A DNA stretch of 64,000 nucleotides from an uncultured Candidatus Rokubacteria bacterium. GTDB taxonomy: Bacteria; Methylomirabilota; Methylomirabilia; Rokubacteriales; CSP1-6. Positions 10,181-18,938 of this stretch are shown here, in pieces. The stretch is taken from the NCBI GenBank assembly GCA_963754315.1, contig CAVWFS010000005.1:128001-192000 (forward strand). Direction: 5' to 3'. Position 1 is the first letter of the stretch. The number at the start of each line of letters is the position of its first letter. Below the pieces are notes generated by a model. The model was not told the DNA's origin, made no database searches, and saw nothing but the letters and a program-made list of their open reading frames with translations. The position numbers and the translations under genes were made by a program.

Positions 10181-10789
10181 TCAGGGGCGGCCGGCAAGGG
10201 TGCGCAATCCGGCCACCACCCGAACCTGAAAAGACAGGAAGGCAACGATCTGGGAAAGGGTCACGATGCCGGTCGTGGACCAGCCGGCGTCCAGCAGCGC
10301 CTGCAGCGCTTCCGGCGTGGCGTCGCGCGGATGAAAGACGAGCAGGTGCACGTGCTCGAACGCCGCGGTGAGACGCCGACCGAGGGCGCGGCTGGTGTCG
10401 GCGGTCCACGCGATAGACGGGCCCGGCCACATCCTCGCGACTCAGCGGGCCCGCAGGGTAGTGGCCATAGGGACCGTGTGCCCCGGCGTCCGCAATGGCC
10501 GCGTCAAGCGCCTCCGCAGTGGCGCGGAGGCTCCGGCGGCGGCCAGACCCTCCGCGTAGAAAGCCGCCGTCCCCGCATTGCCGTGCAGGCCAGCGACGAA
10601 CGCGGCCACCGCGAAGCGCTCCTGGGCCGTGACGTCGCCCGGCGCCTGTGGCGCGAACAGCGCGCGGTAGGTGGCCTGTGCATGGATGCGCGCCTCCGGC
10701 CGACGGGCGCGGATGGCATCCAGAGGAGATCCGGGAACGATCCCGACCAGCGCATCGATGACGTCAGTGTCTGTCCCTGGCATGCTCAT
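10181..10789 (-). CDS. CMD-domain protein of the LLM/AhpD gene trio (frameshifted near 10440-10510)
   Basis: N-terminus DVIDALVGI.PGSPLDAIRARRPEAR..AQATYRALF and C-terminus HLLVFHPRDA...GIVTLSQIVAFLSFQVRVV lie in different frames. ATGA overlap with the upstream LLM gene. Confidence 0.7.
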
Positions 10790-11880
10790 CGTCCTTTTGC
10801 CCCAGTCCCACTGGTGCCGTGATGTGCCGCATGGAGTTCCTGCCGGGGGCCGCGCGACCCGGCACGCTCCGTCAGCGCCCCCCACCCGAGCGCGGGGGCT
10901 ACCACTTCGGCGACCAGTTCGATCGATCTCAGAATGAAGGGATGCGGCGGATCGATCGAATGCACCTGAACCGCGAGGTCCGTCGCGCGGGTGAGCGTGC
11001 TGTCCGCCTGGAGCGAGGCGATCACATTGCCCGGCGTGCCGAGGTGAGCGTCCATCGCGGCGATCATTCCGCTCACCGATCCATCCCCGACGGTTCGGCC
11101 CAGCTTGGCCATGCGTGCCCGATGCCGCCCCAATCCCGCCTCGGCGAAGCGCAGGGCCTCCGTACGGTCGTCGGCCACGAACACCGTGCGCGAGGCCAGG
11201 ATGCGCGGTTCGCGGCCTGCGGGTAGCGCCGCCAGATACGCGTCGATCATCGGGTTCTGGATCTCGGCCAGCGACAGGTTGGGCGCGCCAGCCGGCCGCG
11301 GCTGGGTGCGCGAGAGCAGCAGACCGTCGCCGGCCGCGCCGGCTCGCCGCGCGCCGTCCACAGTGAAGGTGGCCTGCCAGATGCGCTCGACCAGGTGCGG
11401 GTTCGCCGGATACAGCCGATCCCCTCCAGGAAGTGGCTTCCCTGCCCAAGCGTCGCGCAGTATCTGCAGATGCCCGGCGAGCAGGACCCCGCGCTCAGCA
11501 CTGTCCTGGCCGAACGCCGCGAAGGCCGAGAGATTGCCTCCAGGTCCGACCCCCACCTCCAGCCGGCCGCCCGACATCAGGTCGAGCACCGCGGCGTCCT
11601 CGGCGACTCGGATCGGCAGTTCCAGCGGCAGGGTGACGATCCCCGTCCCCAGGCGGATCCGCGATGTCTGGACGGCGACCTGAGCCAGGAAGACCAACGG
11701 CGCGGGAAGGCCACCTTCATCCTCATGAAAATGATGCTGGGCGACCCAGACCGAGTCGAAGTGGAAGCGTTCTGCATGGAGGATCTGCGCGGTCGCCAGC
11801 CGGTAACGCTCGGCAGGGTCCGCCTGATCGAGCAGGCGCGTGAAGAAACCCAGGCGCTTGGGCGGCGGTCCAGTCGTCAT
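10786..11880 (-). CDS. Putative FMN-dependent luciferase-like monooxygenase (KPN_01858-like)
   Basis: KRLGFFTRLLD, WVAQHHFH..EGGLP, IRLGTGIVTLP, RVAEDAAVLDL. Coupled to the CMD and AhpD genes. Confidence 0.85.
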   Translation of the reverse strand: MTTGPPPKRLGFFTRLLDQADPAERYRLATAQILHAERFHFDSVWVAQHHFHEDEGGLPAPLVFLAQVAVQTSRIRLGTGIVTLPLELPIRVAEDAAVLDLMSGGRLEVGVGPGGNLSAFAAFGQDSAERGVLLAGHLQILRDAWAGKPLPGGDRLYPANPHLVERIWQATFTVDGARRAGAAGDGLLLSRTQPRPAGAPNLSLAEIQNPMIDAYLAALPAGREPRILASRTVFVADDRTEALRFAEAGLGRHRARMAKLGRTVGDGSVSGMIAAMDAHLGTPGNVIASLQADSTLTRATDLAVQVHSIDPPHPFILRSIELVAEVVAPALGWGALTERAGSRGPRQELHAAHHGTSGTGAKGR

Positions 11881-12121
11881 CCGCCCCAGCTCGTGCTTCT
11901 GACGAGCGATGAAGAGCATCGATCGGCGCCATATCATCGCTCTCCGAATGCGGGAATGCCGTCTCGACCACGCCGCCATGGACCTGCCGGCCATTATGCA
12001 TCACCGGCCGGGGCCATCGAAGAGGACGCGATCTGGCGAATGGACCATTCGTTGTGGCCGGCGGCGACCGTTACGGGCCGCTGTGGACCAGCCGCGATGT
12101 GTCCAAGCCGCCGGACGTCGG

Positions 12122-13714
12122 TCAGGACGGCGCTGCCGACGGGCACGTGCGCCGTTGCGGCTGCACATCGACCTTGAGGTCGGTTCCGACGCGCCGGGCC
12201 ACCAGCACGCCGTCGCGGTCGAAGACGGTCTCGAAAGGCCCACCGGCCGCCAGCATGTCCGCGACGAGCGACTTCTGCGCCGCACCCACCTGGGTACGGT
12301 CGATGGCGAGGTAGTCGATCGTCGTCGGGTCGGGCAGGTTATCGCAGTTGCGGTGCGCCCACACGTTCGGCACGAACGGGTTGGGCCAGTCGTAAATTGC
12401 GCGCCGGTGTGACAGGTGCGGGAGCAGGCTGTAGGTCGCCGAGACGGCCGCAGTGGCGGGCACGTGCCCCAGCGCCTCGCGCATCGCGGCGTGGCGTGGC
12501 GATGGCCGGGCCCACACCGATAGGTAGGCGTTGCCAATCGGCGACGGTGACCAGGCAACGTTCGTGATGTAGGCACAGAGAATCATCCATACCGGAAGCA
12601 CGAGCCGCATGGCCCGGAAACGCCAGAGCCACCAGGCGCCCTCGATGGCCGAGATGACAATGGGCGCAATCATCACCGCGGTGTACTGATACTTGATCAT
12701 CCGGGCGTACGGGCTGCCCCCGATGACGCTGGCCAGCATCTGCGGCAGCGCCATCGTGAGCGTCAGCGGTCCTGCCAGGGGCAGGCTGCCCCAGGGGAGG
12801 AGAAGGTCGCGAAAGAATCGGAGGCGATCGGGCTGGACGGCGTCGTTCACCACCCGGTCCGGATGGCGGAGGATCGCAAACGCGACCTCGGGCAGGCTCT
12901 TCCCGTAGCTACCGTAGAAGAATTCGACATAGAAGGGCGCCCGGCCTTGGTTGAAGTGCGGAAGGACGACGGCGACCGCGACGGCGTACCACGCGAGCCC
13001 CAAAGCCACGGCTGCCAGGACCATTCGCCGGGCGCGATCGTACCCAGGGCGTCCCCGCTGGTAGACGAGGAGCACGAGCCCCATCATCACCACGGCCAGG
13101 GCCGTCTCCTCCCGCATCGACAGCGCGAGCAGCACCGCGCCGAAGAACCAGCCCCATTGCTGCCGGGTGGCGAACCACCAGGCGAACAGCATCGGCAAAA
13201 TCACCAGGGCCTCGGGGTGGAACATCGCCCAGCTGATCCACTGGACCGGGGCGTACATCAGGTAGACGAATGCGAAGAGCAGGCCAATCCACGGCCGCTC
13301 GAAGCGGTCGCGCGCGATGAGGTACGTGGGCACGGCGCCCAAACCGAGGAAGCCTGCCTGCACCGCGTACAGGAACGAGGGGCCGGCGCCGAGCCAGTAG
13401 AAGGGCGTGAACGCGAACGCGATGAGGTTGAGGTGATGGCCCCAGAAGTCGAGGCCGCGGACGGTCATGAACGTGCTGCCGCCCTGGGAGACGAGCCAGA
13501 AGCCCTGGTCGTAGATCCCCATGTCGTACGACCATGTTCCGAAGTTACGGTGGTTCTGAACGGCCAGCCGGCCGAAGAGCACGACCCAGGCGACCGTCAT
13601 CGCGCCGACGCACGCACCCGCGGGGTGCACCGCCAGCAGCCGCTCGACACCAAGCCCGACGATCGCGCGCAACCGACGCGAGGCGGAGACTGCCGGGGCT
13701 ATCGCTTCGGCCAT
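12122..13714 (-). CDS. DUF2079-like multi-pass membrane protein (predicted GT-C-fold glycosyltransferase)
   Basis: YDMGIYDQ, F.GHH, FHPE, REE, YQY, LLPHLSHR motifs and many hydrophobic segments. Confidence 0.75.
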   Translation of the reverse strand: MAEAIAPAVSASRRLRAIVGLGVERLLAVHPAGACVGAMTVAWVVLFGRLAVQNHRNFGTWSYDMGIYDQGFWLVSQGGSTFMTVRGLDFWGHHLNLIAFAFTPFYWLGAGPSFLYAVQAGFLGLGAVPTYLIARDRFERPWIGLLFAFVYLMYAPVQWISWAMFHPEALVILPMLFAWWFATRQQWGWFFGAVLLALSMREETALAVVMMGLVLLVYQRGRPGYDRARRMVLAAVALGLAWYAVAVAVVLPHFNQGRAPFYVEFFYGSYGKSLPEVAFAILRHPDRVVNDAVQPDRLRFFRDLLLPWGSLPLAGPLTLTMALPQMLASVIGGSPYARMIKYQYTAVMIAPIVISAIEGAWWLWRFRAMRLVLPVWMILCAYITNVAWSPSPIGNAYLSVWARPSPRHAAMREALGHVPATAAVSATYSLLPHLSHRRAIYDWPNPFVPNVWAHRNCDNLPDPTTIDYLAIDRTQVGAAQKSLVADMLAAGGPFETVFDRDGVLVARRVGTDLKVDVQPQRRTCPSAAPS

Positions 13715-13953
13715 GCCGCGCGGCCGGACGCGATCTCGCGATCAGGACGTCGTCTCATCCCGCATCGTCGCGGCCCACCATGCCATTCGTCCGCGAGGGC
13801 AGTCAAGCGCAGCCACAAGGCCCCGCAACAGCAAGGCGCCGTGAGACTCTTGAAGTCCGAGCGCCGATGGGCTAGAGTGCCGCAAGTCATGGGGCCTCGA
13901 CCGCGGCGGGCTGACACGTCGTCATCGCTCGCCGCTGCTCCCTCCCCGGCTCC

Positions 13954-15495
13954 GTGAGCAGGGCGCTGCCGCCAGACACTCTGATCGACATCCTGGGACA
14001 CGTCTCACCCGCCTCGCCGTTCTTTGCCCGCGCGAGCCACGTGCTCGACAAGGTGCTCGCGCCCAACAACAGCTACGTACGTCCCGCCCCGCGTAGCTCG
14101 AAGTTCTTGACGGTCGCCATGGCGACCTACGACGACTTCGACGGCGTGTACTTCACCGTCCAGTCAATCTGCGTCTTCCATCCGGAAGTGGCGGACGAGA
14201 TCGATTTCCTCGTGCTCGACAACCATCCCGAAGGTCCCGGTGCAGAGGCCCTGCGCCGCCTGACCAACTGGATTCCGAACCTGCGTTACCTGCCTTACAC
14301 CCGGACTCGGGGTACCGCCGTGCGCGATGTGCTCTACCGCGAGTCCACGTCCGAGTTCGTCCTCTGCGTGGACTCCCACGTGCTCATTCCGCCGGGAGCG
14401 CTAGCGCGTCTGATCGCGTACCTGAAGGCCCACCGAGATACTCGCGACCTGCTCCACGGCCCGCTGCTCTACGACGATCTGCGGAATCTCTCGACGCATT
14501 TCGCGCCGGAGTGGCGCGGCGGAATGTACGGAACCTGGGCCACCGACTCCCGTGGCGCCGATCCTGAGGCGGAGCCGTTCGAGATTCCCATGCAGGGTCT
14601 TGGCCTCTTCGTGTGCCGGCGCGACGCGTGGCCGGGCTTCAACCCGCGGCTGCACGGGTTCGGCGGCGAAGAAGGGTATATACACGAGAAGGTGCGCCGC
14701 GCGGGTGGACGGGTCCTCTGCCTACCATTTCTCAGGTGGCTGCATCGGTTCGGCCGCTCGAACGGCATCCGATACCGGAACGTGTGGGAGGATCGGATCC
14801 GGAACTACGGCCTCGCCCACGACGAGCTGGGCTGGGACCTGGCCCCCATGTTCGAGCACTTCCGCGAGGTGGCGGGGGTGGAGCCGACCGAGAGCGCCGC
14901 TCGCAGCCTGGCCCGAGAGCTGGCCAGCCCCTTCCACTATTTCGACGCAATCTACTGCCTCAGTCCGGCAAGCGCGTCAGAGGTCGGTCACGATGCCGCC
15001 AAACGGTTCGAGCAGCTAGGCATTGCGGCGCGTGTCCGCCGGTTCGATGCGATCGAAACCCCCGCCCATCCTCGCATCGGCCGCGCGCTGTCCCACCGCG
15101 CGATCCTGGACGAGGCCGACCGCTATGGCTTCCAGAACGTGCTCGTTCTGCATGAGGAGTCCGTGCTCGGCGATGCGGTCCTCGACGAGCTCCCACGCCG
15201 CCTGGGCGACATGGCACAACGGCCCTGGTGGACGCTCACGCTCGGCGAGGATTCCATGGTGGCGGCATACGACAGTCAGGGTGTGCGCGAGTCGCTCGGG
15301 CAGCCGTCGCCGGATCCGTCGCGCCTGAGCGCCATCGCCTACAACCGCCCCGCCTTCGCTCCGCTGCTCGCGGAGCTGCCGGACACGCCCAGTCTGATGG
15401 CGCTGTGGTTACGGCGGCTGCGGGTAGCCCATGAAGGCCCCGCATATGAGCGGCAGGGACCACGGTTGGCCGCGCATGAGGTCGGGACGTGGTAG
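13954..15495 (+). CDS. Two-domain glycosyltransferase: GT-A/GT2-like domain (DSH, FGGEE, HRF) plus degenerate GT25-like domain
   Basis: LTVAMATYDD, FLVLDN, LCVDSH, GLGLFVCRR, GFGGEEG. C-terminal YFDAIYCL...RFDAI....IGRALSH.AIL....NVLVLHEE resembles GT25. Confidence 0.8.
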   Translation: MSRALPPDTLIDILGHVSPASPFFARASHVLDKVLAPNNSYVRPAPRSSKFLTVAMATYDDFDGVYFTVQSICVFHPEVADEIDFLVLDNHPEGPGAEALRRLTNWIPNLRYLPYTRTRGTAVRDVLYRESTSEFVLCVDSHVLIPPGALARLIAYLKAHRDTRDLLHGPLLYDDLRNLSTHFAPEWRGGMYGTWATDSRGADPEAEPFEIPMQGLGLFVCRRDAWPGFNPRLHGFGGEEGYIHEKVRRAGGRVLCLPFLRWLHRFGRSNGIRYRNVWEDRIRNYGLAHDELGWDLAPMFEHFREVAGVEPTESAARSLARELASPFHYFDAIYCLSPASASEVGHDAAKRFEQLGIAARVRRFDAIETPAHPRIGRALSHRAILDEADRYGFQNVLVLHEESVLGDAVLDELPRRLGDMAQRPWWTLTLGEDSMVAAYDSQGVRESLGQPSPDPSRLSAIAYNRPAFAPLLAELPDTPSLMALWLRRLRVAHEGPAYERQGPRLAAHEVGTW

Positions 15496-15566
15496 TGGAA
15501 AACGGCGAGGAGGATCGCGGGCGCGCCGTCAGGCCGGCAACAACACACGATTGCTCAGGAGATCAC

Positions 15567-16300
15567 ATGCCACACACGCTCTTCGTCCGCCCGGAGTCGG
15601 ATCGCTTCCTGGTCGAACCGCTGCCTGATGGGTCAGCTGCCGTCTTCGATTCGGCTTCAGAGTCTGTTCACTCGCTCAATCAGACCGCGGCGCTGGTCTG
15701 GGAGTGTTGCAGCGAACCGGCTGCGCTGGCCGACATCGCGGACGTTGTGCGGCGGGTGACCGGGCTGCCGGAACCGCGCGCGGTCGCCGAAGACGCGCTG
15801 AATCAACTCCAGCGTTCCGGGCTCGTCGAGGCGCGCCGGGTGGACGACGATGGCCTGCCCTCCCGGCGGACGGCGTTGCGGATGATCGGGCGTGGGTCGT
15901 CAATCGCCTTCCTCGCGCCGCTCGTGCAGACGATGACCGTGGGTCAGCAGCATGCCCTCGCCCAGGGGGTTGGATCGCCAGTTACGACGACCCTGGCGCC
16001 GACCACGACCTCCTCGACGACGACCCTGCAGCCGACCACGACCACGACCCTCAGACGACTACAACCACGACCCTGCAGCTCGACTACAACCACGACCCTG
16101 CGAGCCGACCACAACCACGACCCTGAGAGCTCGACCACGACCTCGACGACCTACGACCACCACCCAGGAGCGTCGACCACGACCTCGACGACCTCAACCA
16201 CCACCCAGGAGGCGACCACGACCTCGACGACCACAACCACGACCCTAGGAGGCGACCACGACCACGACGCTCACCACCACTACCACTGCCACCGGCGTAG
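15567..16300 (+). CDS. PqqD/RRE-domain protein fused to a twin-arginine-like leader and Thr-rich repeat tail (candidate precursor); 3' end uncertain because of indels
   Basis: RBS AGGAG. VFD..SESVHSLNQTAALVWECC....L.DIA...EDALNQLQRSGLV is a PqqD-type signature. Then SRRTALRMIG...HALA-Q, then Thr runs. Possible stops at 16300, 16362 or 16397 depending on frame. Confidence 0.7.
15984..16290 (+). repeat. Low-complexity ACN-codon tandem repeats encoding TTTTTLQP and STTTSTTSTTTQEA-like units
   Basis: Recurrent ACCACGACCCTG, CGACTACAACCACGACCCTG, ACCACGACCTCGACGACC and ACCACCCAGGAG units. Confidence 0.85.
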
Positions 16301-16371
16301 ATTGGAGCGACGAACGGACAGTGATGCCACCGACAGCGCTGGCCCCGACGGCGGCTGGGTGAGGATTCCGA

Positions 16372-17211
16372 GTGCCGGAGGCGCGAGGCCTCGCTGACGA
16401 CCGCGCTCCGTCAGCCGGCGAGGGGATCTGCCGCATCCGTCCGTTAGGCGTGGGGATCGCGGTATCGTGCGAGCCGCCACTCCTCCCCGCAGTCGAGCGT
16501 CTGCTGGCGCCCTGGATCCACGATCGGCCCATCGAGGCCGACGACGTGTGTGTGCGGATCGGCCGGTCGCCGACGGACTCGTCGGATCACCAGTACGAGC
16601 TCCGTGACACGAGCGGGGTGCTCGTGGCCGCGGCCGGTCCGGACGACCTCATGACGTGCCTTCAGAACTGGCTCGACCGCGAAGTGGCGTACCGCGCGAC
16701 CCACGTCACGGCCGTGCACGCCGGCGTCGTGGCCTGGGGCGAACGGGCCGTCATGCTGCCGGCCCCGAGCGGCGCGGGCAAGACCACACTGGTCGCCGCC
16801 CTGCTCGAGCGCGGCGCGCGCTATTACTCCGACGAGCTGGCGCTGCTGGATCCGGACGGGTGGGTCCATCCATACCCGCGCCGCCTCATGGTTCGCGATC
16901 ACCTCGGCCGGAGCCGGGCGACCCCGCCGGAGGCCTTCGGCGCACAGACCGGAATCACAGCCCTCCGGGTAGGCGTGATCCTCGATCTGCGCTTCGAGGC
17001 GGCCGCGGGGCTTCGACTCGACCCCCTGCCCGCCAGCGAGGCGGTCCTGCTGCTTCTCGCCAACACGGCCCATCGGTTGTCCTCTGCCCACGCAGTGCCG
17101 CCGGCACTGCTCAAGGCGGCGGCCGGGGCCGCCTCGTACCGCGGCCGGCGCGGCAATGCCCAGGACGCCGCCGACGCGATTCTGCGGCTGATGGAGCGCA
17201 CCGCTGAATGA
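16372..17211 (+). CDS. HprK-related P-loop kinase (type found in lasso-peptide and PqqD-associated clusters)
   Basis: VHAGVV....AVML.APSGAGKTTL...L...G.RYYSDE.ALL.....VHPYPR. Confidence 0.8.
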   Translation: MPEARGLADDRAPSAGEGICRIRPLGVGIAVSCEPPLLPAVERLLAPWIHDRPIEADDVCVRIGRSPTDSSDHQYELRDTSGVLVAAAGPDDLMTCLQNWLDREVAYRATHVTAVHAGVVAWGERAVMLPAPSGAGKTTLVAALLERGARYYSDELALLDPDGWVHPYPRRLMVRDHLGRSRATPPEAFGAQTGITALRVGVILDLRFEAAAGLRLDPLPASEAVLLLLANTAHRLSSAHAVPPALLKAAAGAASYRGRRGNAQDAADAILRLMERTAE

Positions 17212-18318
17212 GACGCTCGACCGAGGGAGGGCGAGCCGACGCCGGCCCTCGTGGCAGCCGTCTCCGTCGCAGGCGCGGCTGCTCCATGCGTGTCTCGAGC
17301 CACCTGACCGTCACGGTGGGCAGCTCGATGCGTGGTGCCGCCACTACGCGGATCGACCACTCGAAGACGACACGCGCAGCCTGCTGCCATTCGTATTCGG
17401 GCGGCTCATGGATGCCGGCCTTGACACGGACATCGTCCAGAAGGCAAAGGCCGCCTACCTGGAGACGTCATGGCAGAACCTGGCGCGCGTTGCGCGGCTG
17501 CTCGTTGTGCTCCGGCGATTCGAGGAGGCGGGCATCCCGGCGGTGCTGCTCAAGGGCGCGGCGCTGGCGCTCCGGTACTATCGGAATTTCGGCATGCGGT
17601 CGATGGCTGACATCGACCTCCTCGTCCATCCCGCCGATGTGCGCCGCGCGGCCGCGCTGCTGGCCGATCTGGGTGGACCGCAAGCGGGGTCGCCAGGTCC
17701 GACCTGTTACCCACGAAGATGCGCGTGCTCCACGCCTGGCCCTTCGAGGCCGCGCCCCTGCACAGCCTCGATCTGCACTGGACGCTCAACGTCCGGTCGC
17801 CGGAGGTCGACGCGATGCTCTGGGCGGCTACCGAAACCTTCGAGGTGGAGTCGACCACGGTACGGGCGCTGAGCCCGGCCGATCAGGTCCTTCATGTCTG
17901 CACGCACGCCGTGCAGCCGACCTGGTCGCCGTCCCCTCGCTGGATCGTGGATGTCATGACCGTGCTCGATGCCCCCGGCACGCGAATCGACTGGGCGCGA
18001 ATGGTCGAAGTGGCCCGGCGGACGAACGCGACCGTTCGCTTGCATGCGGCGCTCGTCGAGCTGATGCCCTACGCGTCTGACCGGGTCCCCGCGTCTGTCG
18101 TGGACGAGCTGAGCTCCGCCGCCGCTCCGCGATGGGAGCAGCGCGAGCTCGTGCTGTTTTCACGGATCCCGCCCTTCAGCAAGCTCGACGTCCTTCTGTG
18201 GCACTGGTATCTGTTCCGGCGACTTCGTCCATCCGACCGGTCCTGGTCAACCCGGCCGATCCTCGTCGGCTTCCTCGATTACCTGCGGCTCAATCTGAAG
18301 ATGCGCGGCTGGGGTTGA
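17208..18318 (+). CDS. Nucleotidyltransferase family protein (NTP_transf_5 / PF14907-like), with apparent indels near 17230 and 17672
   Basis: F..AGIP.VLLKGAAL...YY...G.RSMADIDLLV, then LDLHW, LSPADQVLHVCTH and RWIVD. The segments are in different frames. ATGA overlap with the kinase. Confidence 0.78.
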
Positions 18319-18440
18319 TGAAGACGACGAACCGTGTCTTTTCGCGTGCAAGTCCCCGCCGAGCCCCGCCAGTGCGGTAGACGATCGCGGAGCTCTCAAG
18401 AAATGGTGCGCCGCGGGCCTGATCACGGTACCGTGCGTGC

Positions 18441-18914
18441 ATGTGGACGCGAAGATTCCGGCTCCTCGCCCTCCTGGTGGTCGTTCTCTGCGCGGCGACC
18501 ACGCCGCCGGTGGTTCCCGCCCAGACCTCCGGACAGCGGGGGGCCAAGGCAGCGCCGCCCGAGGTGGTGGCCGAGCTGCAGCGGTCGATCGAGCGGGCGC
18601 GGCAACGCCTGGAGGCGCGCGATGCGAATGGCGTCCTCGCCTATGTCTCGCAGCACTACCGGAGCCAAGGGCTGACGAAGGCAGACGTCGGCGAGCACCT
18701 TCACGCGGTGTGCAACCTCTACGAGCAGCTCCGCGTTCGCGTCACCATCGACCACACGAGAATCGTCGACGGAGTGGTGTGGGTCTACACGACCGGCGAA
18801 GTCTCCGGGCGCCTCCCGTTCATCGGGTGGGTCCCTGCGCTCAGCTGGAGGAACCAGCCCGAAGTCGCCAGGAACGAGGGATCCACCTGGCGCCTCTTCG
18901 GCTTCCAGGACTGA
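18441..18914 (+). CDS. Secreted NTF2-like fold hypothetical protein
   Basis: Signal peptide, then ARD..GVL.YVS..YRS.GLTK and a C-terminal WRLFG pattern typical of NTF2-like proteins. Confidence 0.55.
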   Translation: MWTRRFRLLALLVVVLCAATTPPVVPAQTSGQRGAKAAPPEVVAELQRSIERARQRLEARDANGVLAYVSQHYRSQGLTKADVGEHLHAVCNLYEQLRVRVTIDHTRIVDGVVWVYTTGEVSGRLPFIGWVPALSWRNQPEVARNEGSTWRLFGFQD

Positions 18915-18938
18915 CCGTCGTCAGTTCTGACGGGGGCG

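Noticed and set aside
15984..16290. Possible CRISPR array
   Set aside because: The repeats are codon-periodic ACN runs inside a CDS, with no unique spacers and no cas genes.
16250..16397. His-rich metal-binding tail (DHDHDAHHHYHCH)
   Set aside because: It is the off-frame reading of Thr codons and most likely an indel artefact.
13954..18318. Lasso peptide or PQQ biosynthesis cluster
   Set aside because: There is no lasso cyclase, B2 peptidase or short lasso precursor, and no pqqB/C/E, in the window.
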